Origin: Anaerolineales bacterium
GTDB lineage: Bacteria; Chloroflexota; Anaerolineae; Anaerolineales; UBA11579
Assembly: GCA_019637755.1 (NCBI GenBank)
Contig: JAHBVC010000002.1
Coordinates: 293,342 to 357,341, forward strand
Direction of reading: 5' to 3'
DNA: 64,000 bases
Shown here: piece after piece, positions 16,550-25,746 of the stretch
Position numbering within the stretch: the stretch's first letter is position 1
How the letters are laid out: every line of letters begins with the position of its first letter
Notes under the pieces: model-generated
Seen by the model: only the letters and a program-made list of their open reading frames with translations
The model's database searches: none
Told to the model about the DNA's origin: nothing
Program-made: the position numbers and the translations under genes

Positions 16550-17601
16550 GCAGCAAGCGGCCCTTCATCCAACGTATTTGGCCGCTGCTGCCCGGGCTGG
16601 CCGCCCTGCTCATCACTACCCTGCTCCTGATGGGCATGGGTACCAACCCAGTCGATGCCTACGCCGCCATGTGGCAGGGCGCCTTTGGCAGCAGCGCCCG
16701 CTTGTATAGCGTGCTGGCCTTCCTGGTGCCGCTGCTGCTGGCCGCCAGCGGCCTGCTGCTCACCTTCAAAGCCGGTTTATGGAACATTGGCATCGAGGGC
16801 CAGATAATCATGGGGGCGATTGCCGCCTCATGGGTGGCCTTGCGCGTGGAGTTGCCGGCCGGCCTGCAAATTCCGCTGGAGCTGCTGGCCGCTATGGCGG
16901 GCGGCGGCCTGTGGGCACTGCTGGCAGGCGTACTAAAGACGCGTGGCGGCGTGCACGAGATCTTTGGCGGGCTGGCGCTCAACAATCTGGCGATCCTGTT
17001 CACGAATTACTTGATTGCCGGCCCGTGGCAGCCGCCCGAGGGCGGCAGCTTCCGCGGTACGCAAACTTTCGGCGCGCATGCGCTGCTACCTTTGTTTGAC
17101 AACTCACGCCTCAGCCTGCTCTCGCTGGCGTTGGCGGTGTTGGCCTTCGCCGGGGTGGCACTGCTGCTGACCAACAGCCACTGGGGGCTGCGCCTTAAGG
17201 CGCTGGGCAAGAATGCGCGCTCAGCGTTCTTGCTGGGCGTATCCAGCCAGCGCGAGCTGCTGCTGGCCATGGCGCTGTGCGGCGCGCTGGCTGGCCTGGG
17301 TGGCGGGGTGCGTGTACTAAGCTGGTTTGACAGCTTACGCCAGAGCATCTCTGGCGGCATTGGTTACCTGGCGCTGATGGTGGTGCTGCTGGCTGGCTTC
17401 CGCCTGGTGCTGACCCCGCTAGTGGCCTTCTTCTTCTCGGCCGTGCTCAATGGCAGTATCACCCTGCAACTGCGTACGCAGTTGCACTCAGCCCTGGGTG
17501 ATATTCTGACCGGCATCCTCGTACTCTTGGTGCTGCTGTTTGGCAACTACGAACGCGTGCGCAATGCGCTACAAAAACGCCGGAGGGCGCAGCATGGATA
17601 G
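16546..17601 (+). CDS. ABC transporter permease
   Basis: The GTG at 16546 overlaps the upstream TGA (GTGA). VSSKRPFIQRIWPLLPGLAALLITTLLL.. is multi-pass hydrophobic. The track ORF from 16357 is an upstream over-extension. Confidence 0.8.
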   Translation: MSSKRPFIQRIWPLLPGLAALLITTLLLMGMGTNPVDAYAAMWQGAFGSSARLYSVLAFLVPLLLAASGLLLTFKAGLWNIGIEGQIIMGAIAASWVALRVELPAGLQIPLELLAAMAGGGLWALLAGVLKTRGGVHEIFGGLALNNLAILFTNYLIAGPWQPPEGGSFRGTQTFGAHALLPLFDNSRLSLLSLALAVLAFAGVALLLTNSHWGLRLKALGKNARSAFLLGVSSQRELLLAMALCGALAGLGGGVRVLSWFDSLRQSISGGIGYLALMVVLLAGFRLVLTPLVAFFFSAVLNGSITLQLRTQLHSALGDILTGILVLLVLLFGNYERVRNALQKRRRAQHG

Positions 17602-18568
17602 CACTCAACTCATCGCCATTCTGGCGTCCATCCTGTTGCAATCGGCGCCGCTGATCATTGCCGTGTGCGGCGAAACCATCAGCGAGCGCGCCGGCGTGAT
17701 CAATCTTTCGATGGATGGCAGCCTGCTGCTCTCGGCGCTGGCGGGCTTTGTGGCCGCGCTGGTCACGAGCAGCTTGTGGCTCGGATTTCTGGCTGCCGCG
17801 GCGGTGGGCGCAGTCTTCGCTGCCATCGTGGCTTTCGGCAGCCTAAAGCTGCGCCAGAACCAAGTAGCGATCGGCTTCGTGCTGGCCATGCTGGGCGACA
17901 GCCTGAGCGCCTTCCTAGGCCAGAGCTACACGCGCCTGCCCGGGCCGAGCGTACCGGTCTGGCACATCCCCGTGCTCAAAGACATTCCCGTGCTCGGCCC
18001 CATCGTCTTCCGCCAGGATGCAGTGGTGTACTTTGCCCTGCTGCTGGTAGCGGCTACCTGGTGGTTCTTGTTCCGCACGCGTGCCGGGTTGGAACTGCGC
18101 AGCGCCGGCGAGCGCCCCGAGGCGGCTTTCAGCCGCGGTGTGGATGTGCGCAAGTTGCGCACTCTCTACGCCATCCTGGGCGGTGCGCTGGTGGGCATTG
18201 CCGGAGCGGCGTATTCGCTGGATATCAAAATTGGTTGGGCCGAAGGGCACACGCGTGGCATGGGCTGGATTGCGCTGGCAATCGTCATCTTTGGCGGCTG
18301 GTCACCGCTGCGCGGCGCCATCGGCGCGCTGTTGTTTGGCGCCACCAAAGCGCTGGCCACCCTACTGCAGCGCAGCTTCCCACAAGTGGCGCTGGTGGCC
18401 TTCAACGCCATCCCCTGGGTGCTAATGATCGCGGTGCTGCTCATCGTGAGCGGCAAGCTGGCCGCGCCCCTGCTGGCGCGTGCCCCCGCCGCCGTGCGGC
18501 GGCCGTTACGCAGCCTGCTGCAAGCCGCGCCCCCGGTGGCCCTGGGCCAGGAGCTGGAGGAGGGTTAG
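17594..18568 (+). CDS. ABC transporter permease
   Basis: ATG 17594 (MDSTQLIAILASILLQSAPLIIAVCGETISERAGVINLSMDG) is the typical BMP-system permease N-terminus. It overlaps the previous gene by 8 nt. Confidence 0.85.
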   Translation: MDSTQLIAILASILLQSAPLIIAVCGETISERAGVINLSMDGSLLLSALAGFVAALVTSSLWLGFLAAAAVGAVFAAIVAFGSLKLRQNQVAIGFVLAMLGDSLSAFLGQSYTRLPGPSVPVWHIPVLKDIPVLGPIVFRQDAVVYFALLLVAATWWFLFRTRAGLELRSAGERPEAAFSRGVDVRKLRTLYAILGGALVGIAGAAYSLDIKIGWAEGHTRGMGWIALAIVIFGGWSPLRGAIGALLFGATKALATLLQRSFPQVALVAFNAIPWVLMIAVLLIVSGKLAAPLLARAPAAVRRPLRSLLQAAPPVALGQELEEG

Positions 18569-19036
18569 ATGCTGCGTCACGCCTTGGCCGTGCTGCTGTT
18601 GCCTTTTGTGGTCACGGTAGCCATCCCCGCTTATCTGATAAGCCAATTTGGCACGGGCCAGCCGGGGCCGTGGCAACAGGCGGCAGGGGTGCTGCTGTTC
18701 GCCGCGGGACTGAGTGTTTTTACTTGGTGCGTAAGCTTGTTCGTGTGCGTGGGCCGCGGCACGCTGGCGCCATGGGACCCTACTACGGCGTTGGTGGCGG
18801 TGGGCCCCTACCGCTATGTGCGTAATCCGATGATCACTGGTGTGGCCGCGATGCTATTTGGCCAAGCGGTCTACTTTAGCTCTATCGCTTTGGGCATCTT
18901 CAGCGCGGTTTTTGTCGCCCTCAACCACATTTACTTTGTGTATTCTGAAGAGCCTGGATTGGAACAGCGCTTTGGGGACGGGTATCGGCAATACAAAGCC
19001 TCCGTGCCGCGCTGGCTACCGCGAGGGAAGCGGTAA
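18569..19036 (+). CDS. Isoprenylcysteine carboxyl methyltransferase (ICMT/PEMT)-family membrane methyltransferase
   Basis: GPYRYVRNPMITGV.., EEPGLEQRFGDGYRQYKASVPRWLP. Coupled to the permease gene (TAGATG). Confidence 0.75.
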   Translation: MLRHALAVLLLPFVVTVAIPAYLISQFGTGQPGPWQQAAGVLLFAAGLSVFTWCVSLFVCVGRGTLAPWDPTTALVAVGPYRYVRNPMITGVAAMLFGQAVYFSSIALGIFSAVFVALNHIYFVYSEEPGLEQRFGDGYRQYKASVPRWLPRGKR

Positions 19037-19053
19037 ATACCAGGCCGGTTAGC

Positions 19054-19095
19054 ACCCTCACCCCACGCAGCGAAGCTGCGTGGGGTGAGGGTTTT
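19054..19095. terminator. Hairpin terminator
   Basis: accctcaccccacgcagcgaagctgcgtggggtgagggt followed by ttt, between convergent genes. Confidence 0.7.
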
Positions 19096-19123
19096 AGCCA
19101 AAGCCAAATATAAAAAGTGCCTG

Positions 19124-20011
19124 CTAGGCGTTGGCTGTACGCTGGCGCCTACTAACCACGATCACATTGCCTAAGAGCACCAGCGCAATGCCCGCAAACT
19201 CAAACCAGCCCAACTGCAAGCCTTCAAAGATCACCGAGAGCGCCAGGGCGATCATCGGCACCATCACATTCACATAGGCGGCGCGGTCTGCGCCGATGCG
19301 CCCCAGCAGGGTAAGGTAGCTGCCGAAGGCAATCACCGAGCCGAACAGCGCCAGATAGAGCAGCGAGCCGACATAGCTCAGCGAGGGGTCAAAGGTGAAT
19401 TGCGTGCCGCGTGCGAGGGCAAACAGTAGCGTGAGCAGCGCGCCGTACAGCATGCCATAGGCGTTGGTTTGCATCACCGGCAGTTGGGCGCGCTGGTTGC
19501 GCGCCGAGACGATGTTGCCCAGCGAAGCCGAGAGCGCCGCCAGCATGCCGAGGGTGATGCCGATCCATCGCGTGCCTTGCATCTGTAGCCCGGCCACCTC
19601 CGGCCAGAAGATGAGCGCTACGCCGATCACGCCGACAAAGGCGCCCAGCAAAATGCGGGCACTGACGGCCGTGCGCAGGAACAGCGCGCCAAACAGCACG
19701 TTGAGAACGATCAGCGCAGAAAACAGCACCGCTACCAGGCCACTGGTGACGTACAGCTCAGAGAAGTACACCATCACATAGTTGAGCGAGAACAACAGCA
19801 GGCCTTGCAGCGCCATGAAGGCGTGCTGGCGGCGGTTGAAGCGCAAGGTCAGCCCGCGCCATTTGCTATAAACAAACAAGATCAACGCGCTCAGCAGAAA
19901 GCGATAGGCCACTGAAAGCTCTGGGGCCACCGCCCCCAATTGAAACTTGATCGCCAGCCAGGTAGAACCCCAAATGAACACAGGGATGAGATACAACAGG
20001 GTATTGCCCAC
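19124..20011 (-). CDS. EamA/DMT-family transporter
   Basis: VGNTLLYLIPVFIWGSTWLAIKFQLG.. with 10 predicted helices and two EamA halves. GTG at 20011 (or 20017) lies after GGAG. The track ORF to 20221 is over-extended. Confidence 0.8.
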   Translation of the reverse strand: MGNTLLYLIPVFIWGSTWLAIKFQLGAVAPELSVAYRFLLSALILFVYSKWRGLTLRFNRRQHAFMALQGLLLFSLNYVMVYFSELYVTSGLVAVLFSALIVLNVLFGALFLRTAVSARILLGAFVGVIGVALIFWPEVAGLQMQGTRWIGITLGMLAALSASLGNIVSARNQRAQLPVMQTNAYGMLYGALLTLLFALARGTQFTFDPSLSYVGSLLYLALFGSVIAFGSYLTLLGRIGADRAAYVNVMVPMIALALSVIFEGLQLGWFEFAGIALVLLGNVIVVSRRQRTANA

Positions 20012-20052
20012 AGTCACTCCAGAGGATGGGTGTGAATAACTAGAAAAGAAAC

Positions 20053-20301
20053 TTAGTTTGCTTCCGGCGCGCAGCCCGCAGGCTTGTACACCCGCTGCGT
20101 AGACGCGGGATGCTGGGCCAGCTCGTGCGCCGGCCGCACGGGCCGGCGCACGAGGTCTCCGCCACAATTGGGGCACACAAAGCCCAGCCGGTCGGCGGCG
20201 CAGGCCGCGCAGAAGGTGCACTCGAAGGAGCAGATGTAGGCTTCTGCCGCAGGCGGCAGATCCACATCACAACATTCGCAATTAGGGCGCAACTCTAGCA
20301 T
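20053..20301 (-). CDS. DUF1272 zinc-ribbon protein
   Basis: MLELRPNCECCDVDLPPAAEAYICSFECTFCAACAADRLGFVCPNCGGDLVRRP is the characteristic DUF1272 Cys pattern. Confidence 0.8.
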   Translation of the reverse strand: MLELRPNCECCDVDLPPAAEAYICSFECTFCAACAADRLGFVCPNCGGDLVRRPVRPAHELAQHPASTQRVYKPAGCAPEAN

Positions 20302-20348
20302 CGTAACCTCGTGGGCGCGTCTCAGATGAAGCTATGCCTCGATCGAAG

Positions 20349-21029
20349 CTACGCTTCGGGCGAGAAGTCCATCGTGCCGCCCTCGCCGCCGAGGTGCAAT
20401 TCCAGCACGCCGTCCGCGCTAATCGTGTAGCTCTCCACCAGGCCGAGCTGGGCGTAGAAATCGCCTTCGTTCGAGCCTTCGCAGAACATGCGCGTGGTGG
20501 CGATCACCGGCAGGCTCACGCGTTGCTGCGCGCCGACCACAAAGCCACCCCGGCCCGCATTGCAATCCGTTTCGATGAGCGCCAGGCCATCCTCATTGAA
20601 TGTGAGGATGAAGGCGCCTGCCGTGCTGGGATCAGTGGTCTGGCCGTTGGCCACCGTCTGCAGCCATACCCAACGATTTTCGAGCAGGGCGCTGACCGGT
20701 TGCAGGGTCAGGCCGGCGGGGGCGATGTGATTGAGGTCATCCACCAAAAAGAGCGAGTCGTCATCCTCGCGGCCAAAGGTGAGGATGCGGCCATCAAAAG
20801 TAAGATCCAGCGAATCGTTGCTGCCCAGCCAGGTGCCCTCATCGATCTGAGGCGGCTGGCCGTCGCCAGGGTCTTGCGTCAGGCGCACATTGCCATCCGC
20901 GCCCAGCCACAAACGGATCACCTGCCCCTCCAGGTTGCCTTGGTAGTATCCGGGGTATCCCCCATCCGGCGTGGCACAGCCCGCCAGCAAAAGCGTAAAA
21001 CAAAAACCCAGCACCAGCTTTTTAAACAT
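20349..21029 (-). CDS. META-domain (HslJ-like) lipoprotein
   Basis: Lipobox LLLAGC. NRWVWLQTV..FILTFNEDGLALIETDCNAGRGGF..ATTRMFCEG..Y..L..V.SY pattern. Confidence 0.75.
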   Translation of the reverse strand: MFKKLVLGFCFTLLLAGCATPDGGYPGYYQGNLEGQVIRLWLGADGNVRLTQDPGDGQPPQIDEGTWLGSNDSLDLTFDGRILTFGREDDDSLFLVDDLNHIAPAGLTLQPVSALLENRWVWLQTVANGQTTDPSTAGAFILTFNEDGLALIETDCNAGRGGFVVGAQQRVSLPVIATTRMFCEGSNEGDFYAQLGLVESYTISADGVLELHLGGEGGTMDFSPEA

Positions 21030-21209
21030 AGGTCTCCTGTTGCGTTGAGCCCAAAGGCCACGCGGCTTAAATCATACTGCGCAAATTGTGTGAAAAGCAG
21101 AACAAATGCCTCTGCTCTCTATTTCACAATGAGAACTTGCACATATTCTCAAGGGTTGTTTAAGGTGAGCGGCGATTGCCGTAATGCATCATTTCTCAAG
21201 GAGAGAAAG

Positions 21210-21557
21210 ATGGATCTTGGAAACATCGGTAAGTGGCTTTGGATCGTGGGTCTCGCGTTGGCCTTGATTTGGGGGCTGGCTGGGGCACTGGGCATGGGGC
21301 TGCCTGAGATTCTGGCGACCGTTGCCCAGGCTGCGGCCTTCCTGGGAGGCCTGCTGCACTTGAGCAGCATGAAGGACAAGACGGCATTTTACATTGCCGC
21401 GCTGGCCTTAGGCGCCTTTGCTGGTGGCGCCGGCTCCCTGTTTGTAGACATCCTGGGTGGCATTGTGGCCGGCCTGCTGGGTGGTGCCGCGGTGGCCGCG
21501 GCCGCCGGTGCGGCGGGTATGCTGCTCAAGACGGTTTATGAGTGGGTGATGCCCTAG
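21210..21557 (+). CDS. Small Gly/Ala-rich membrane protein
   Basis: GGAGAG SD precedes ATG 21210 (MDLGNIGKWLWIVGLALALIWGLAG..). Hairpin terminators follow. The rest of track ORF 20334-21557 is antisense to the META gene. Confidence 0.5.
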   Translation: MDLGNIGKWLWIVGLALALIWGLAGALGMGLPEILATVAQAAAFLGGLLHLSSMKDKTAFYIAALALGAFAGGAGSLFVDILGGIVAGLLGGAAVAAAAGAAGMLLKTVYEWVMP

Positions 21558-21576
21558 TCTTCGTTGTGGATTTATA

Positions 21577-21643
21577 CAAAAGAGCGGGGCCAACGCCCCG
21601 CTCTTTTGCTTAACAAGAAAAGCGGCCCTTCGGGGCCGCTTTT
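21577..21643. terminator. Two hairpins between convergent genes
   Basis: caaaagagcggggccaacgccccgctcttttg (21577-21608) and aaaagcggcccttcggggccgctttt (21618-21643). Confidence 0.75.
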
Positions 21644-21650
21644 AATGAAA

Positions 21651-21884
21651 CTAGGAGTTGGAAGCGCCAGACGAAGTGGGCCTGGGCTTGGGCTTCCAGC
21701 CCGAGAGCCGGCGTTGCGCTTTGCGGATGGCTTTTTGCTTCTCCATGCGGCGCTGCTCATTGGTTGAAATGAACCAGCGCTTGCGGCGCACCGTGCTGAG
21801 CACCTTGCTGCGAGCGACTTTCTTGCGGAAGCGCTTGAGCAGGGAGCCTTGCGACTCACCGGGCCTGAGAACAACTTTGGGCAA
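21651..21884 (-). CDS. rpsU: 30S ribosomal protein S21
   Basis: ..PKVVLRPGESQGSLLKRFRKKVARSKVLSTVRRKRWFISTNEQRRMEKQKAIRKAQRR matches the S21 pattern. I place the start at TTG 21884 after AAGGTGGTG; a GTG a few codons upstream is also possible. Confidence 0.8.
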   Translation of the reverse strand: MPKVVLRPGESQGSLLKRFRKKVARSKVLSTVRRKRWFISTNEQRRMEKQKAIRKAQRRLSGWKPKPRPTSSGASNS

Positions 21885-21996
21885 ACCTAACACCACCTTT
21901 CCATCGTGGACTGCCGCCTGCCTTACATAAATAAAGCGTTCGACGTGAACGCTATACCCAAATACAGCCGGAAGCGCAAGAATTATAACACGCGCG

Positions 21997-22002
21997 TATA
22001 AT
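21997..22002 (+). promoter_or_regulatory. -10 box (TATAAT) 6 nt upstream of the polX ATG; probable leaderless transcript
   Basis: gcgTATAATccgccaATG. There is no SD between the box and the start codon. Confidence 0.45.
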
Positions 22003-22008
22003 CCGCCA

Positions 22009-23736
22009 ATGACCAATAAAGAGCTGGCCGATACCTTTTTGCTGATCGCTAACCTGCTGGAGATCAAAGGGGAAGTGGTCTACAAGACCCTGGCCTACCG
22101 CAAAGCCTCAGAAAACCTGACCAATCTCGGCCGTGATGTCAACGTGATCTGGCAAGAGGGCGGCCAAAAGGCCCTGCTGGAGATCCCCGGCGTCGGCAAG
22201 GCGATCGCCGAAAAGATCGACGAGCTGCTCAGCAGCGGTCAGATGAGCTTCCTCGAGAAGCTCAAAAAAGAAGTGCCCGAAGAGCTGGCCAGCCTGCTGC
22301 GCATCCCCGATCTAGGCCCCAAGAAGATTGCCATGTTCTACAAAGAGCTGGGCATCAAGAGCATCGACGAGCTCAAAGCTGCCGCCCTGGATGGCAAGCT
22401 GCGTGACCTGCCCGGCATGGGCGCCAAGTCTGAGGCCAAGATCCTCACCGGCATCGAGGCGCTGGGCCGCCGCAGCGGGCGCCTGCCACTGGGCACGGTG
22501 TGGCCCTTTGCGCAGGAGCTGCTGGAGAGCCTGCGCACGGTGAAGGGCGTGAAGCGCGCCGAGGTGGCCGGCAGCCTGCGGCGCATGCGCGCCAGCATCG
22601 GCGATATTGATATTCTGGTGTCATCGACCGATCCGCAGCAGGTTATCAAAGCGTTCACCGAGGCGCCCAATGTGGCACGCGTCACCGGCAGCGGCACGGT
22701 CAAATCCGGCGTGGAGTTCCATAACGGCATGCGCGGCCAGATCTGGGTGCACGAGCCGGCGCGCTTCGGCACCGCGCTGCAATACGCCACCGGCTCCAAG
22801 GAGCACAATGTGCGCCTGCGCGAGATGGCGCTGGATCTGGGCCTCTCGCTGTCGGATCAATCCTTCCTGAAAGAAGACGGGAGCGAGATCCTGTGTGCCC
22901 GCGAAGAAGAGGTCTACCAACTGCTGGGCATGGATTGGGTGCCGCCCGAAATTCGTGAAGACCGCGGCGAGATCCAATTGGCGCTGGAGCACAAGCTACC
23001 CACCTTGATCGAAGTCAAGCATATTAAAGCCGAGCTACACAGCCACACCACCTGGAGCGATGGCCAGCTCAGCATCGCTGAGATGGCCACGGCGGCGATC
23101 GCCCGCGGCTACAAAGTGCTGGCGATCACCGATCACTCCGCCGCCATCGGTATCCTCAACGGGCTCACGCCGGAGAAGGTGCTGGAGCAACGCAAAGAGA
23201 TCGAGCAGGTGCGCAAGCAAGTGGGTGACCAACTGACCCTGCTGCAAGGCGTGGAAGTGGAAGTGCGCGCCGACGGCACGTTGGACCTGCCCGATGAGGT
23301 GCTGGCCTCGCTGGATATCGTGGTGGCCTCGATCCACCAAAGCATGCGCCAGCCGCGCGCTCAGATCACCGAACGCATGCTGGCTGCCATCCACCACCCG
23401 CATGTCGATATCATCGGCCACCCCACCAACCGCAAGCTGCCCGATCGCGAAGGCGCAGACCTGGATATGGACGCGGTGCTCAAAGCCGCCGCTGAAACGG
23501 ACACGGCGCTGGAGATCAACGCTAACCCGGCCCGCCTGGATCTGGACGATGTGCAGGCGCGCCGGGCGGTGGAGATGGGCATCAAGCTTTCGATCAATAC
23601 AGACGCCCACCACCCTGATCATATGGATTTTCTGTTCTATGGAGTGGCTACCGCCCGGCGTGGCTGGGTAGCACCCAAAAATGTTGTTAATAGCTGGACG
23701 CCCAAACAACTGCTAGACTGGTTAAACAGCGCATAA
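22009..23736 (+). CDS. polX: Family X DNA polymerase with C-terminal PHP domain (PolX)
   Basis: 575 aa. N-terminal HhH (NKELADTFLLIANLLEIKGE..YRKA), GVGKAIAEKI, the catalytic GSLRRMRASIGDIDIL, and PHP motifs ELHSHTTWSDG..ITDHS. Confidence 0.9.
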   Translation: MTNKELADTFLLIANLLEIKGEVVYKTLAYRKASENLTNLGRDVNVIWQEGGQKALLEIPGVGKAIAEKIDELLSSGQMSFLEKLKKEVPEELASLLRIPDLGPKKIAMFYKELGIKSIDELKAAALDGKLRDLPGMGAKSEAKILTGIEALGRRSGRLPLGTVWPFAQELLESLRTVKGVKRAEVAGSLRRMRASIGDIDILVSSTDPQQVIKAFTEAPNVARVTGSGTVKSGVEFHNGMRGQIWVHEPARFGTALQYATGSKEHNVRLREMALDLGLSLSDQSFLKEDGSEILCAREEEVYQLLGMDWVPPEIREDRGEIQLALEHKLPTLIEVKHIKAELHSHTTWSDGQLSIAEMATAAIARGYKVLAITDHSAAIGILNGLTPEKVLEQRKEIEQVRKQVGDQLTLLQGVEVEVRADGTLDLPDEVLASLDIVVASIHQSMRQPRAQITERMLAAIHHPHVDIIGHPTNRKLPDREGADLDMDAVLKAAAETDTALEINANPARLDLDDVQARRAVEMGIKLSINTDAHHPDHMDFLFYGVATARRGWVAPKNVVNSWTPKQLLDWLNSA

Positions 23737-23752
23737 GCTAAAAGGGGCCGAG

Positions 23753-25309
23753 ATGAGCGAAGAACACGAAAACCCACTGGTTCAGTTCATTACTTTGCTC
23801 CTCGCGTTTGTGGCCTACGCCCTGCTGGTGCATCTCGGCTATCCATACCTGGGCAACATCGCCGCTAGCGCGGCGGTGTTCCCAGTGATGGTGGTGGGCT
23901 GGCAAACCGGCCTGGGCGGCGGCATGCTGGCCGCCATGGCCTCGATCCCGCTCAACCTGGCCATGCTGTTATTGGCCGGCTCCAGCCCGCGCGAAGCCCC
24001 GTTGCAAGTCCTCTTCAGCACGCTGATCGTGTGCTTCTGTGCGATCAGCGCCGGCTACATCAGCGAGACACGCAAAGAGCTTTTGAAGGAAATTCGCCTG
24101 CGCGAGGCCGCCGAGAAAGCGCTGCATTATCTGAACGCGCGCTTGGAAGGCAAAGTACAAACGCGCACGCGCCAACTGACCAATCTGAATAGCCAACTGA
24201 CCAGCGAGCTACAGGCGCGCAAGCGCGCCCAGGCTGGCTTGAAGTATCGCGAGACGATCCTGGAAACGATCGCGGGCATCGCCGAAGATACGCTCAAGGC
24301 CGATAAGTACATCGAGCCCATTCCCGATATTCTCAAGAGCCTGGGCCGCGCCGCGCATGCCCAGCGCGTGCGCCTGTTTGAAAACGTGCCGCGCCGTGAC
24401 AGTACGCAGAGCGTGCTGGTGCTGCGCAAAGAATAGGTAGCCAGTGAGGCACGCCAGCACCCGCGCGGCCCACAGCGGCTCAACCTGGAGGAGCACGGCT
24501 TGCAGCGCTGGCAAGTGCAACTGGCCGCCGGCCAGCCAGTGCGCGAGCGCCTGCCGCTGGGGCCGGGGGCCAAGCGCGGCTCGCTGCTGGCGACGCCAAT
24601 CTTCGTCGGCGCCCAGTGGTGGGGCGGCATCAGCCTGGCCAGCCTGGACCGGCCGCGCCGCTGGGGCGGCGCCGAGCTGGACCTGCTGCGGGCGGTGGCC
24701 GATATCCTCGGGGCGCACATCCAGCGCGAGCTGGAATACGAGCGCACACTGCTGGGCTGGGCGCGCGCCCTGGAGCTACGCGACGAGGATACCGAAGGCC
24801 ACACCCAGCGCGTGGCGCACCTGGCCGTGGAATTTGCCGAGACGTTGGGCTACAGTGATTCAGACATTACTGACGTACGCCGCGGCGCCCTGCTGCACGA
24901 TATTGGCAAGATGGGCGTGCCCGATGCAATTCTCAACAAACCCGGCAAGCTCACCGAGAACGAATGGCGCATCATGCGCCGCCACCCGTTGTACGCGCGC
25001 GATATGCTCGCACCGATCGTCTTCCTGCATTCCGCCTTGCCGATCCCCTATGCGCACCACGAACGCTGGAACGGCAGCGGCTACCCGCGCCGCCTGAAAG
25101 GCAAGCGCATCCCCGCTGCGGCGCGCTTGTTCGCCCTGGTGGATGTGTGGGATGCACTGACCAGTGACCGGCCCTACCGCCTGGCCTGGTCCGCCGAGAA
25201 GGCCGCGCAGTATCTGCGCGAGCATGCTGGCATTCTATTCGACCCGCATATGACCCCGGCCTTTTTGCAAATGATGACCGAGTTGGGCGAATTGCCAGCC
25301 AAGGCTTAA
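23753..25309 (+). pseudogene. Membrane/coiled-coil/GAF/HD-GYP phosphodiesterase interrupted by one in-frame TAG (24434-24436)
   Basis: ORFs 23753-24436 and 24500-25309 are in the same frame. Read-through gives ..SVLVLRKE*VASEARQHP..LQRWQVQL.., a continuous GAF domain. HD-GYP motifs HDIGKMG and HHERWNGSGYP lie in the second part. Confidence 0.7.
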
Positions 25310-25746
25310 CGCGCGCCGAGCAGCCAGCGATTGAGTTGGCGTAAAAAGGGGCTCACCTCGGCCGGGGGCAGCCACACGCCAGGCGGTTGCGCATGGCCGA
25401 GCAGCAGCAGGCCAATACCCACATCTTCGAAGACAACTGAGCTGCGGTATTTGTTCAGCGCCGGGCGATACGAATTTGCCGGCGCTGCCGCGGCGTTGGA
25501 AAGATCGACCGCCAAGGCCAAGCGCACGTCTGCATCGCTGTGGCGCGCCGCCAACAGGCGCTGCAGCCCGGCGTCAAACGCCTGGCGGTAGTCCGTGGGC
25601 GGGGGCGTGGCGGGCAACACAGCCAGGCCGAGGCGCGCCGCTGCGGCCACATATCCGGCATCCAAGCCGGGCAGGGCTGCGCCGCGCCGGTAGCCCGCCG
25701 CGGCCAGGGCGCTATCGGCGGCAGCGAGCAGCTCGGCGGGCGTCAT
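25306..25746 (-). CDS. Hypothetical protein
   Basis: 146-aa ORF, translationally coupled (ATGA) to the upstream GNAT gene. No family recognised. Confidence 0.45.
   Translation of the reverse strand: MTPAELLAAADSALAAAGYRRGAALPGLDAGYVAAAARLGLAVLPATPPPTDYRQAFDAGLQRLLAARHSDADVRLALAVDLSNAAAAPANSYRPALNKYRSSVVFEDVGIGLLLLGHAQPPGVWLPPAEVSPFLRQLNRWLLGAR

Noticed and set aside
21030-21209. CRP/FNR-like site (TGTGA ... TCACA) upstream of the small membrane gene
   Set aside because: The half-sites are about 30 nt apart rather than 6, which is not a credible CRP-family site.
20334-21557. 407-aa ORF in the track
   Set aside because: Most of it is antisense to the well-supported META lipoprotein gene (20349-21029) and is Arg/Ala-rich GC-artefact sequence. 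Only the last 115 codons (21210-21557), which have their own SD, look real.
24434-24436. TAG as programmed pyrrolysine or read-through codon
   Set aside because: No pyl genes are visible. TAG is used as an ordinary stop by several well-supported genes here (for example rpsU, the BMP-system permease ending at 18568, and both Lys-tail membrane paralogs).
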